Positions 30,230 to 39,251 of a stretch of 64,000 bases of DNA are shown here, piece after piece. The DNA is taken from positions 788 through 64,787 of IMG/VR virus record IMGVR_UViG_3300021962_000097; one strand, written 5' to 3'. Numbering within the stretch: position 1 is the first letter of the stretch; each line of letters begins with the position of its first letter. A model generated the notes under the pieces. It did no database searches. It saw only the letters and a list, made by a program, of their open reading frames with translations, and was not told the origin of the DNA. The position numbers and the translations under genes were made by a program. The DNA is from a virus. Its lineage: Duplodnaviria > Caudoviricetes.

Positions 30230-31960
30230 ATGAGTTGGAAAAAATATTTCTCTCCAGTGCCAGTTAACACTAATTCTAGTAATGTATCACCTTTGAATCC
30301 TAACAGCAAAGCAGGTCCAGCTCGTACAAACTACAGCAGTTACCTACCAGATATCTACACTGGATCACCTAACCGTGTTGAAAGATACATGCAGTACGAT
30401 ACTATGGACGGAGATCCAGAAGTAAATGCTGCGCTGGATATTCTAGCTGAATTTTGCACACAGTTAAGCAAGGAAAATAACACTCCGTTTACAGTACAGT
30501 GGCGTAATCGTGCTACAAATAGTGAAATAACAATACTTAGAGAATACCTACAGCAGTGGACAAAACTACAAAAGTTTGACACTAGAATCTTCCGCATCAT
30601 TAGAAATATATTCAAATATGGAGACGGATTCTTTATTAGAGATCCAGAAACTCAAAAATGGTTTTATGTAGATCCTGGTAAGATTGTTAAGATTATTGTC
30701 AACGAAAGTGACGGCAAAAAGCCAGAACAGTATGTTATTCGAGATATAAATCCAAACTTTCAAAACTTAGTTGTAACACAGATTACACCTAATACCACGC
30801 AGACTAACAATAGAGGTACTAGCTATGTTGCAGGTGGCGGACTTGCTCGTGGTATGACTGGAGCATATCCTGCACAACCAGGTACACGTTTTTCTACAGG
30901 TGAACAAGAACTAGCAGTTGATGCTAGACATATGGTACACCTAAGTTTGTCAGAAGGGCTAGATAACAATTATCCTTTTGGAAATAGTCTTTTAGAAAAT
31001 ATTTTTAAGACCTACAAACAAAAAGAATTACTAGAAGATGCTATTCTAATCTATCGTATTCAACGTGCTCCTGAGCGCAGAATCTTTTACATTGACGTAG
31101 GTAACATGCCCAGTCACTTGGCCATGAGCTTTGTAGAACGTGTAAAAAATGAAATTCACCAACGACGCATTCCTAGCCAAAACGGCGGTGGAACTAATGT
31201 TATTGACAGTGCTTATAACCCGTTGAGCATCAACGAAGACTACTTTTTCCCACAGACAGCAGAAGGTCGTGGATCAAAAGTAGACACACTACCCGGCGGT
31301 ACTAATCTAGGCGAGATTGATGATTTAAAGTATTTTACTAATAAATTATTCCGTGGTCTACGTATACCCAGCAGCTACTTGCCAACAGGTGCAGATGATT
31401 CGAATTCTCAATATAATGACGGCCGTGTGGGCACAGCTTATATTCAAGAGCTGCGTTTTAACAAGTATTGTGAGCGCCTACAAGCACTGGTAAGCAGTGT
31501 ATTTGATCAAGAATTTAAGATGTTTCTGTACTCAAAAGGTGTGAACATTGATTCATCTTTGTTCGATCTTAAGTTTAATCCTCCAATGAACTTTGCTAGC
31601 CAGCGCCAAGCAGAACTAGATGGCGGTAGAATTAATACATTTAACGTGGTAGCAGCTATTCCTTTCATGTCTAAACGCTTTACACTCAAGCGATTCTTGG
31701 GATTAACTGATGAAGAAATAGCAGAAAACGAACGCATGTGGGCCGAAGAAAAAGGCGAAAGCATACCTACGCATACAGACAGTGCCGGCGAACTACGTTC
31801 TGTTGGCCTAAGTCAAGCAGGTATAGATTCGGATATAGAAGCCAGCGCACCAGAATCAGCACCAGAAGATATGGTTCCGCCAGAACCTGGAGCAGCAGCT
31901 GGTGCACCAACACCAACATCAGCTGGCGCACTACCAGCTAGTCCAATGCCGGCTGCATAA
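30230..31960 (+). CDS. gp20: Portal vertex protein
   Basis: DPEVNAALD, LLEDAILIYRIQRAPERRIFYIDVGNMP, EDYFFP..GRGSKVDTLPGG.NLGEIDDLKYF..KL..GLRIPSS, ELRF.KY..RLQ. Confidence 0.96.
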   Translation: MSWKKYFSPVPVNTNSSNVSPLNPNSKAGPARTNYSSYLPDIYTGSPNRVERYMQYDTMDGDPEVNAALDILAEFCTQLSKENNTPFTVQWRNRATNSEITILREYLQQWTKLQKFDTRIFRIIRNIFKYGDGFFIRDPETQKWFYVDPGKIVKIIVNESDGKKPEQYVIRDINPNFQNLVVTQITPNTTQTNNRGTSYVAGGGLARGMTGAYPAQPGTRFSTGEQELAVDARHMVHLSLSEGLDNNYPFGNSLLENIFKTYKQKELLEDAILIYRIQRAPERRIFYIDVGNMPSHLAMSFVERVKNEIHQRRIPSQNGGGTNVIDSAYNPLSINEDYFFPQTAEGRGSKVDTLPGGTNLGEIDDLKYFTNKLFRGLRIPSSYLPTGADDSNSQYNDGRVGTAYIQELRFNKYCERLQALVSSVFDQEFKMFLYSKGVNIDSSLFDLKFNPPMNFASQRQAELDGGRINTFNVVAAIPFMSKRFTLKRFLGLTDEEIAENERMWAEEKGESIPTHTDSAGELRSVGLSQAGIDSDIEASAPESAPEDMVPPEPGAAAGAPTPTSAGALPASPMPAA

Positions 31961-31963
31961 ATA
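31958..31963 (+). promoter_or_regulatory. Putative late promoter TAAATA overlapping the portal stop codon
   Basis: CATAAATA, 5 nt before ATG 31969. Confidence 0.6.
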
Positions 31964-31968
31964 ATATC

Positions 31969-32208
31969 ATGATTCTTAGAGAACTTTTTTATATTGATCC
32001 AGATACTAAGGCTATTGCAACTGATCTAAGATACGATCAGGATCGTGATAATAGCCTTATACGTCGTGACGATACAAGAAAAACTAGACTTAGTTTAGGA
32101 CAAATTAACGAACTGAGAAAAAGTTCAGAAGCACATATTCTAGAACAAGAAGACGAGCTAAGTTTTATTCACACAATGTACGGACAAGAACCAGCACCAG
32201 CTGCTTAA
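31969..32208 (+). CDS. Small head-module protein (hypothetical)
   Basis: 79-aa ORF between portal and core genes; DTRKTRLSLGQINELRK. Confidence 0.75.
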   Translation: MILRELFYIDPDTKAIATDLRYDQDRDNSLIRRDDTRKTRLSLGQINELRKSSEAHILEQEDELSFIHTMYGQEPAPAA

Positions 32209-32220
32209 TACATTGTTTCT

Positions 32221-32250
32221 AGAAGATTTTTTTAAAATCTTCTGTTTTTC
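32221..32250 (+). terminator. AT-rich hairpin, possible terminator
   Basis: AGAAGATTTT-TTT-AAAATCTTCT followed by GTTTTTC. Confidence 0.45.
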
Positions 32251-32283
32251 CACCATTATAACACCATTTTTTACAGTTGTATG

Positions 32284-32289
32284 TAAATA
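32284..32289 (+). promoter_or_regulatory. Putative late promoter TAAATA for the core/protease/scaffold/capsid operon
   Basis: TGTAAATA upstream of AGGAG RBS and ATG 32325. Confidence 0.55.
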
Positions 32290-32324
32290 TAATCGACAGC
32301 CTTATACATTATAGGAGACCTAAT

Positions 32325-33155
32325 ATGACTGATCGTTCTAAGTTTGAGCTTATGCTCGACGCTCTAATTAATGAGCAACAAGATAAAGCAAAAGAAATTT
32401 TTCACGATATCGTAGTTGAAAAGAGCCGTGAAATTTACGAAAATCTTCTAGCAGAAGAAATGGAAGATGAAGACGAAATGGAAGAAGCCTTCGGCGATAA
32501 CGAAATTGGCGGTGATGCCAGTGATGATTTGATGCACGACGTTGAAGACGAAGAAGGCAGCGAAGACGACATGGGCGATGAAGAAGACATGGGCGGCGAA
32601 GAAGATATTGAAGATCGTGTAATGGATCTTGAAGATGCATTAGATGACCTAAAAGCAGAATTTGAACAACTGATGGCCGGCGAAGAAGGTGAAGGCCATG
32701 AGATGGATGACATGGGCGGCGACGACATGGACATGGGTATGGACATGGGTGGCGAAGATGAAACCGACGAAATGCTCAGTTTTGAAGCCAAGGACGAAGA
32801 TGAAGACGAAGACGAAGACGACTTAGAAGAAAGTCTAATGCGTGAATACGTTGAAAAAGTCTCTGCTCCAAAGCACGGTGACAATGGTGTTAATACCAAG
32901 TCAATCGTAGCAGGCAAAAACGACATGGGCGGTACAACTGCTAACATCGCTAAGAGCTTCTCAACAGAAAAAGGTGGTACACAAGGTGGACTACTAAATC
33001 CTTCTACTAAAGAAGAAAACTTCGGTAACATTAATGTTCCAGGTGCAAAAGCTGGAAAGTCAGCTTTTAAGAAATCTGAACCAGGTCACGGTGCAGAGAA
33101 AAAAGGCAAGCCAGAGCAAGCCGATAATAAGAAAAGTATTGTAGGTTCAAGATAA
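32325..33155 (+). CDS. Highly acidic prohead core protein (gp67-like)
   Basis: Start at 32325 with AGGAG RBS; long D/E/M-rich tracts; lies between portal and protease. Confidence 0.7.
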   Translation: MTDRSKFELMLDALINEQQDKAKEIFHDIVVEKSREIYENLLAEEMEDEDEMEEAFGDNEIGGDASDDLMHDVEDEEGSEDDMGDEEDMGGEEDIEDRVMDLEDALDDLKAEFEQLMAGEEGEGHEMDDMGGDDMDMGMDMGGEDETDEMLSFEAKDEDEDEDEDDLEESLMREYVEKVSAPKHGDNGVNTKSIVAGKNDMGGTTANIAKSFSTEKGGTQGGLLNPSTKEENFGNINVPGAKAGKSAFKKSEPGHGAEKKGKPEQADNKKSIVGSR

Positions 33156-33156
33156 G

Positions 33157-33786
33157 ATGAAATATCTTCGTGAGAACTTGAGTTTTGATCAAGCTCAGAT
33201 TACCCTCTTAGAAAGTGATGACAAAGAGGGTAAGAGTCTATACATGAGTGGTATTTGCATACAAGGTGGTATCCGTAATGCAAACCAACGTGTATATCCT
33301 GTACATGAAATTAGTAAGGCTGTTCAAACTCTTAATGATCAGTGTGCTGGTGGATACTCAGTACTCGGCGAAGTTGATCATCCTGATGACCTAAAAATTA
33401 ACCTAGACCGCGTCAGCCACATGATAACGCAAATGTGGATGGACGGTCCAAATGGTTATGGAAAGTTGAAAATCCTACCTACACCAATGGGTAACCTTGT
33501 TAAAAGCATGGTACAAAGCGGTGTAAAGTTAGGAGTATCAAGTCGTGGATCTGGAAACGTTCGTGAGGACGGTTCCGGTGAAGTGTCAGATTTTGAGATT
33601 ATCACAGTAGATGTGGTAGCTCAACCAAGTGCCCCAGGGGCATACCCTACAGCAATCTATGAACATCTTATGAATACTAAAGGTGGGAATAGGGCCGTTC
33701 GCATAGCGAACGAAGTGCAGGGCGATCCTCAGGCACAGCGTTATCTCAAAGAGAGCTTATTATCTATAATAAGCAAGCTCCAATAA
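33157..33786 (+). CDS. gp21: Prohead core protease
   Basis: RNANQRVYP, LGEVDHP, NLDRVSH, ILPTPMG, LGVSSRGSG, DVVAQPSAPGAY. Confidence 0.95.
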   Translation: MKYLRENLSFDQAQITLLESDDKEGKSLYMSGICIQGGIRNANQRVYPVHEISKAVQTLNDQCAGGYSVLGEVDHPDDLKINLDRVSHMITQMWMDGPNGYGKLKILPTPMGNLVKSMVQSGVKLGVSSRGSGNVREDGSGEVSDFEIITVDVVAQPSAPGAYPTAIYEHLMNTKGGNRAVRIANEVQGDPQAQRYLKESLLSIISKLQ

Positions 33787-33799
33787 AAAGGAGAATCAC

Positions 33800-34900
33800 A
33801 TGTTGGACGCATTGAAAACGTTAATTGAAAATAATGTGATTTCTGAAGAGACTAAAGTAGCTCTTGAGTCAGCTTGGGAAGCTCGTGTAAACGAGAACCG
33901 TGAACAAGTTACTCAACAACTACGCGAAGAATTCGCTCAACGTTATGAACACGATAAAGCCGCAATGGTAGAAGCTGTTGACAGAATGTTAACAGATAGC
34001 CTAGCTGTTGAAATCGCAGAATTTGAGGAAGATCGTCGTCAACTAGCAGAAGCTAAGGCAAAATATGCAGTAAAAATGCATAATGCTGGTAATGTAATGA
34101 AGGAATTCGTTGCACGCCAGTTAGCCGCAGAAGTACGCGAGTTACACGAAGATCAACTTGAAATGGCTCAGAAGTTTGGCAAGTTAGAAGAATTCGTCGT
34201 AGAAGCTCTAGCTCAAGAAATTGCAGAATTTTACAAAGACAAAACTGACCTAGCAGAAACTAAGGTTCGCTTAGTTCGCGAAGGCCGTGAAGCATTAACA
34301 CAAATGAAGACAAAGTTTGTACAACGTGCTGCTAAGATGGTTGAAGAAACAGTTAAAGTTAGTCTCACAAAAGAGATTAACCAACTGAAAGAAGACATCG
34401 ATGCTGCCCGTAAAGCAGATTTTGGTCGTAAGTTATTCGAAGCATTTGCTAACGAATATCAAACCAGTTATCTTTCTGAGAAATCAGAAACAAGTAAATT
34501 GCTCAAAGTTATAAACTTGAAAGATCTAGAAATTGCAGAAGCTCAACACGCTGTGGCTGAAGCTAAGAAGATCGCAGAAAGCAAAGAAACAGAAGCTCGT
34601 GCTCTTAAAGAAGGCATTGAGCGCCAAAAGATTATGCATGAATTGTTGAATCCTTTAAACAAGGAACAGCAAGGTATCATGACAGAATTGTTGGAAAGTG
34701 TACACACTACAAAATTAGAAAATAGTTTTAACAAGTACCTTCCCGCAGTAATCGAAGGCAAAGCACCGCAGAAGAAACAGGCACTAGTAGAGGCAAAAGA
34801 AGTTACAGGCAACAAAGTAAGTAACAGCGTAAGTAGTAGCGAGAACGATTCATCAAATAATATTGTTGACATACGTAGACTCGCTGGATTAAAAATTTAA
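33800..34900 (+). CDS. gp22: Prohead core scaffold protein
   Basis: Glu/Lys-rich coiled coil between protease and capsid genes; AGGAG RBS. Confidence 0.8.
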   Translation: MLDALKTLIENNVISEETKVALESAWEARVNENREQVTQQLREEFAQRYEHDKAAMVEAVDRMLTDSLAVEIAEFEEDRRQLAEAKAKYAVKMHNAGNVMKEFVARQLAAEVRELHEDQLEMAQKFGKLEEFVVEALAQEIAEFYKDKTDLAETKVRLVREGREALTQMKTKFVQRAAKMVEETVKVSLTKEINQLKEDIDAARKADFGRKLFEAFANEYQTSYLSEKSETSKLLKVINLKDLEIAEAQHAVAEAKKIAESKETEARALKEGIERQKIMHELLNPLNKEQQGIMTELLESVHTTKLENSFNKYLPAVIEGKAPQKKQALVEAKEVTGNKVSNSVSSSENDSSNNIVDIRRLAGLKI

Positions 34901-34911
34901 GGAGAATTTAA

Positions 34912-36081
34912 ATGTCAGAACTACTACATGGCCGCTGGACAGAAACTAAAGAAGCCCTATTAGAAGGCTTACAAGGCACAAAAAAATCAGTAATGGGAAT
35001 TACATTAGAGAATACACGTAAGTATCTTCTAGAAAGCCCAACAGCTGGTGCCACTTCTGCCGGCAACGTCGCAACATTAAATCGCGTGATTCTTCCAGTA
35101 ATCCGTCGCGTTATGCCAACCGTTATTGCTAACGAGTTAGTTGGCGTACAACCAATGACTGGTCCAGTGGGTCAAATCCATACTCTACGTGTTCGTTATG
35201 CAGATAACGGCGATGGCGTAGTAGCTGGTGAAGAAGCACTAAGCCCATTCAAAATTGCAGAAGCTTATTCTGGTAACAACAATGCATCTAATCCTAAAGC
35301 AGCTTCAACAGCTACTCTAGAAGGTGCAGCCGGTAAGCGCATGTCAATTCAAATCTTGAAGCAGACAGTTGAAGCTAAGACACGTAAGTTGTCAGCTCGC
35401 TGGACATTTGAAGCAGCCCAAGACGCACAAGCCCAACAAGGTATTGACGTTGAAGCAGAAATCATGGCTGCTCTAGCTCAAGAAATCACAGCTGAAATCG
35501 ACCAAGAGATCCTAGCTAGCCTAGCATCATTGGCTGGTACAGCTACAGAAGCATATGAACAACAAAACGTTTCTGGTACAGCAACATTCGTTGGTGATGA
35601 ACACGCTGCTCTAGCTGTTCAGATCAATCGCGTAAGCAACTTGATCGCTCAACGTACACGTCGCGGTGCTGGTAACTGGGCCGTTGTTAGCCCATTTGCT
35701 CTAACAATTCTTCAGTCTGCTACTACAAGCGCATTTGCTCGTACAACAGAAGGTACATTCGAAGCTCCAACAAACACCAAGTTCGTTGGTACATTGAACA
35801 GTGCTATGAAGATCTATGTTAACACATACGCAACTGATGCAACCGATGTTCTAATTGGATACAAAGGTTCTAGCGAATCAGACGCAGCAGCATTCTATTG
35901 CCCATACATTCCATTGATGAGCAGCGGTGTTGTTCTAGATCCATCAACATTCGAACCAGTCGTATCATTCATGACACGTTATGGTTATGTTGAATTGTCA
36001 AATACAGCATCATCTCTTGGTAATGCTGCTGACTACCTAGGTAAAGTTAGCATTGATAGCGGCAACGTTTCATTCAAGTAA
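34912..36081 (+). CDS. gp23: Major capsid protein
   Basis: PVIRRVMP..IANELVGVQPMTGPVGQI..LR, VEAKTRKLSARWT.EAAQD, EITAEIDQE, TRRGAGN, GYKG..E.DA..FYCPYIPL, DP.TFEP...FMTRYG. Confidence 0.97.
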   Translation: MSELLHGRWTETKEALLEGLQGTKKSVMGITLENTRKYLLESPTAGATSAGNVATLNRVILPVIRRVMPTVIANELVGVQPMTGPVGQIHTLRVRYADNGDGVVAGEEALSPFKIAEAYSGNNNASNPKAASTATLEGAAGKRMSIQILKQTVEAKTRKLSARWTFEAAQDAQAQQGIDVEAEIMAALAQEITAEIDQEILASLASLAGTATEAYEQQNVSGTATFVGDEHAALAVQINRVSNLIAQRTRRGAGNWAVVSPFALTILQSATTSAFARTTEGTFEAPTNTKFVGTLNSAMKIYVNTYATDATDVLIGYKGSSESDAAAFYCPYIPLMSSGVVLDPSTFEPVVSFMTRYGYVELSNTASSLGNAADYLGKVSIDSGNVSFK

Positions 36082-36103
36082 TTTTTACTTTAGTAAGAAA
36101 GAT

Positions 36104-36129
36104 AAGGGCTCTTCGGAGCCCTTTTTCTT
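36104..36129 (+). terminator. Intrinsic terminator after the capsid gene
   Basis: AAGGGCTC-TTCG-GAGCCCTT then TTTCTT; cUUCGg tetraloop typical of T4-like terminators. Confidence 0.9.
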
Positions 36130-36133
36130 GACT

Positions 36134-36139
36134 TAAATA
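36134..36139 (+). promoter_or_regulatory. Putative late promoter TAAATA
   Basis: CTTAAATA 4 nt before ATG 36144; no RBS. Confidence 0.55.
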
Positions 36140-36143
36140 TCTT

Positions 36144-36611
36144 ATGTTAGATCAAATCAAACAATATTACATTGATACTCCTAGTGATTTTGTAGACAAT
36201 ATCTACAAATTTAAAACTTTAACTAAAGCTCAACAACGCAGTAATCGTTTAGGCTGGCAATCTCCTCAACTAACAAACACATTAAGTATACCTTGGGCCG
36301 ATGAATTTTTAAATCTTTGCATCGCCACAGCAGATTTAAAATCTCCATTTAAACACATATGGTTCAATATAAGTCCATCAAAAGCCTATCACGGCTGGCA
36401 TAGTCACGGAGGTGCTAGACAAGTTGGAGTATACTACATAAAGACTCCAAGTGATTGCGGTAACATAGAGTTTAGACACGACACACAGACTAAAATATTA
36501 GAACCTGTACAAAGATTACTTTTAATATTTCCTTCGCAATTAGAACACAGGGTATTAGAAAATCGTTCTAATGAAGATAGAATCACGCTGGCATTTAACT
36601 TAGGAGCATAA
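36144..36611 (+). CDS. 2OG-Fe(II) oxygenase-superfamily protein
   Basis: WFN..HGWHSH, GVYY, LLIFPSQLEHRV, RITLAFN: HxH..H..R double-stranded beta-helix pattern. Confidence 0.85.
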   Translation: MLDQIKQYYIDTPSDFVDNIYKFKTLTKAQQRSNRLGWQSPQLTNTLSIPWADEFLNLCIATADLKSPFKHIWFNISPSKAYHGWHSHGGARQVGVYYIKTPSDCGNIEFRHDTQTKILEPVQRLLLIFPSQLEHRVLENRSNEDRITLAFNLGA

Positions 36612-36613
36612 CA

Positions 36614-36704
36614 TAAATACATTGTACGACTTACATTCCGTAAGTTTTATGCGGAAATCCGACCGCGTACGGCCTAGAACGCCGCTTTTCAAGGAGAAAA
36701 TAAA
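36614..36704 (+). promoter_or_regulatory. Late promoter (TAAATA 36614-36619) plus structured 5' leader
   Basis: Hairpins CTTAC/GTAAG, TATGCGG/CCGCGTA and CGGC/GCCG precede the AAGGAG RBS. Confidence 0.6.
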
Positions 36705-37709
36705 ATGGGACGTCCTCTAAACAAAAAATATTTTGGTAACCGAAATTTTGGTCGTGCAGGCGATCAAACAGCTGGCCCTAATTCAAACAGTCAAAACTAT
36801 GCAGATGATAACATCGGCGGCGAAGGTATCTCTTCTTATATACTACCAGGCCAACTAGGTAATATTGAAGTCGATAGTGATAGCGGTCAACCAGATCTAG
36901 TAATACCAGCACCTCAAATCCCAGGCGGCGTACAAGCCACTGCTACAGTAACTTGGGAAGTTTCTACTATTACAATTACTGATACTAACGACTACGGCAC
37001 AGGATATGTTAATGGTGAAACTGTGACATTTACAGGCCCAACAGGAGTTACTGCTACAGTAACCGTTGCTTCAGATGATATTACTGGTTTTACTATTGTT
37101 AATCGCGGTAGTTTTACAACTCTTCCAACAGGCGGATCATATCAAGTAGTCGGAGCAGTAGGTAATGATGCACAAGCAGAAATTACATGGCGTGTTAAGA
37201 CCATTGTTATGAATGAAAAAGGTTCAGGCTATACAACTGCTCCAACACTAAGCTGGGCGGCTGGCGAAGCAGGTCCTATCTCTGGCACAAGTCCAGGAGC
37301 ACCAACTGCTGTACTATCTACTGATTCAGGTATTATCGGCTCAGCAACTAATCAAGAAAACGCAATCATCATCCATGCTAACACAGGTAATGAAGGCGAT
37401 CAAATTGGAGACATTATTCGTCAAGTATCAACTCGCCGTTATAAAGTTAAAACAGCAGACGGTATTAGAATTTGTCAACTAACAGACGACGATACACCAG
37501 GCGTAGGATATGCCTACATTCAAGCTACAGATGACAACGGTAATACATACTTTGTTATGAAGTTGACATCAAAACTTGCTGTTCTTAAACAATGGACTAA
37601 TAACGAAGCTGAATGGCTATTTGCAGACAATGAAAGAGCACACTGGGTATTTTCAGATACTGAAAATTCATACAGCGCAGCTGATACAGTTGTAATTGAA
37701 AACGCTTAA
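36705..37709 (+). CDS. Virion structural protein (hypothetical)
   Basis: MGRPLNKKYFG start; Gly/Thr beta-rich with GSGYTTAP repeats; strong RBS. Confidence 0.75.
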   Translation: MGRPLNKKYFGNRNFGRAGDQTAGPNSNSQNYADDNIGGEGISSYILPGQLGNIEVDSDSGQPDLVIPAPQIPGGVQATATVTWEVSTITITDTNDYGTGYVNGETVTFTGPTGVTATVTVASDDITGFTIVNRGSFTTLPTGGSYQVVGAVGNDAQAEITWRVKTIVMNEKGSGYTTAPTLSWAAGEAGPISGTSPGAPTAVLSTDSGIIGSATNQENAIIIHANTGNEGDQIGDIIRQVSTRRYKVKTADGIRICQLTDDDTPGVGYAYIQATDDNGNTYFVMKLTSKLAVLKQWTNNEAEWLFADNERAHWVFSDTENSYSAADTVVIENA

Positions 37710-37714
37710 TTAAT

Positions 37715-37734
37715 ATAGGGGCCAAGGCCCCTAT
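37715..37734. terminator. Strong intergenic hairpin (terminator or mRNA-stabilising)
   Basis: ATAGGGGC-CAAG-GCCCCTAT; weak U-tract. Confidence 0.55.
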
Positions 37735-37746
37735 TAAGGATAACAG

Positions 37747-38661
37747 ATGTCAAAGATAGTAAAAGTAACTAGTGGCGGATCAAATAGCTATGCTGGGTCA
37801 TCAGCTGACTATAAAATTGTTGTAGATTCAGGCGGTAAGATTCTTTTTAACACTGGTAATCAAGTTGGTGAAGTTATCATAACTGGTAGTTTAACTGTAC
37901 TTGGTGCAGTCACATCTTTAGAAACAACAAATACACAAATTAATGACAATGTTATTGTTCTTAACAAAGGCGAAGCCGGTGCTGGCGTAACATTAGGCAC
38001 CAGTGGTTTAGAAATTGACAGAGGCAGTGTTAACGCTGCACTTTGGATTTATGATGAAACTACTGATGCTTGGACAGCTAGATATAAAACAAGCGGATCA
38101 TACATACCAGTAGCTACTAACAGTATTATTACTGGCGGTGATGATTTAACTTTAATTGGTGCAGGCACAGGTGTAATTACTGTTACTGGTACAGTTGATT
38201 ATGAAAATTATGTTACTAGTGACGATGTAATACCAAACAAAAAATATGTTGATGACTATGTAGCATATTACGTAGCAACTCATCCGCCGGATGAGATTAT
38301 TGATCAAGATACTAGAGTAACAGTAAGTGACTTTGCTACTTCAGGTAATCCTAGCGAAATAGAATTTGTAGTTGACAATCTTACACAAGCAACAATGACT
38401 ACCAATGGTCTACTAGTTGGCAGTGTAAGAACTAGCGGAAATACTATAAGTGAAGACACTAGTGATACATTGCATGTTGACGCTTATCTAGCTTTAGATA
38501 ATAGAGTATCAACACCATCAACTCCGAGTACAAATGTAAAATTATATTCTAAAGCAGTTCCAGGAAATGGAGGAACTGGTGTATACTTTGTTAATACACA
38601 AGGTACTAATGATGAATTAATTAGTAAAACAAAAGCACTTTTATTTGCTCTAATATTGTAA
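37747..38661 (+). CDS. Virion structural/fibre-associated protein
   Basis: GSLTVLGAVTSLETTNTQINDNVIVLNKG..GLEIDRG fibre motif; IPNKKYVDD. Confidence 0.7.
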   Translation: MSKIVKVTSGGSNSYAGSSADYKIVVDSGGKILFNTGNQVGEVIITGSLTVLGAVTSLETTNTQINDNVIVLNKGEAGAGVTLGTSGLEIDRGSVNAALWIYDETTDAWTARYKTSGSYIPVATNSIITGGDDLTLIGAGTGVITVTGTVDYENYVTSDDVIPNKKYVDDYVAYYVATHPPDEIIDQDTRVTVSDFATSGNPSEIEFVVDNLTQATMTTNGLLVGSVRTSGNTISEDTSDTLHVDAYLALDNRVSTPSTPSTNVKLYSKAVPGNGGTGVYFVNTQGTNDELISKTKALLFALIL

Positions 38662-38670
38662 GGAATAAAA

Positions 38671-39249
38671 ATGGCGTTAGTAAGCACGATCTTAACAAAT
38701 ACAGCACAACCAATCAGCGATGATCTAGCGTCATCCTCTGCTGTGACTGTGATGTTATTTTGTAACTATAACACTCCAAGTAGTGTTGACAGTGCTTTAG
38801 GCAGACAATGGCTAGAAGTATATGCAGTAAAAGACGGAGATAGTGCCGGGACTGCTAATAAACTAATGCATCGAGTACCATTAGATGCCGGAGATACTTT
38901 TACATTTAGTACCGAAAGAATTGTTTTAGATGCACACGACAGGATTTGGGCAAATACCTTAGGACAAGGAGTTGCCAGTGTAATTATGGGAGGCACGGGT
39001 AGTTCATATACAAATGGTGACCCGGTTTATTTTTCTGACCCAGATTTTCCCGAAGGTGTAACCGCTACTGGTTATGCACTAGTATCTGGAGGAGCGGTAA
39101 CTGGAGTTTATATTACAGAAGCTGGATCAGGATATATTAATCCTCCATCTATAGATTTTACACAATCTGGTGATGGTCTAGCAACTGGAACAGCAGTATT
39201 ATTAAGTACTGATCAGGTTACTTGTACAACCAGCTATGTGTTAATCTAA
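38671..39249 (+). CDS. Virion structural protein (hypothetical)
   Basis: AAGGA RBS; contains a GSGY.NPP beta-repeat insert. Confidence 0.7.
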   Translation: MALVSTILTNTAQPISDDLASSSAVTVMLFCNYNTPSSVDSALGRQWLEVYAVKDGDSAGTANKLMHRVPLDAGDTFTFSTERIVLDAHDRIWANTLGQGVASVIMGGTGSSYTNGDPVYFSDPDFPEGVTATGYALVSGGAVTGVYITEAGSGYINPPSIDFTQSGDGLATGTAVLLSTDQVTCTTSYVLI

Positions 39250-39251
39250 TC

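Noticed and set aside
32435-33031. 198-aa Ser-rich antisense ORF (also 56016-56777 and 58011-58640)
   Set aside because: Mirror of low-complexity acidic or Thr/Gly-rich sense genes
36128-36156. TTGACT as a sigma70 -35 for the oxygenase gene
   Set aside because: No -10 element at 16-18 nt spacing; the TAAATA explains the site better
25910-39251. Longer ORF-track starts at 25910, 32277 and 39222
   Set aside because: They lie within a terminator, upstream of the late promoter, or inside the previous gene; ATGs at 25964, 32325 and 39252 fit better
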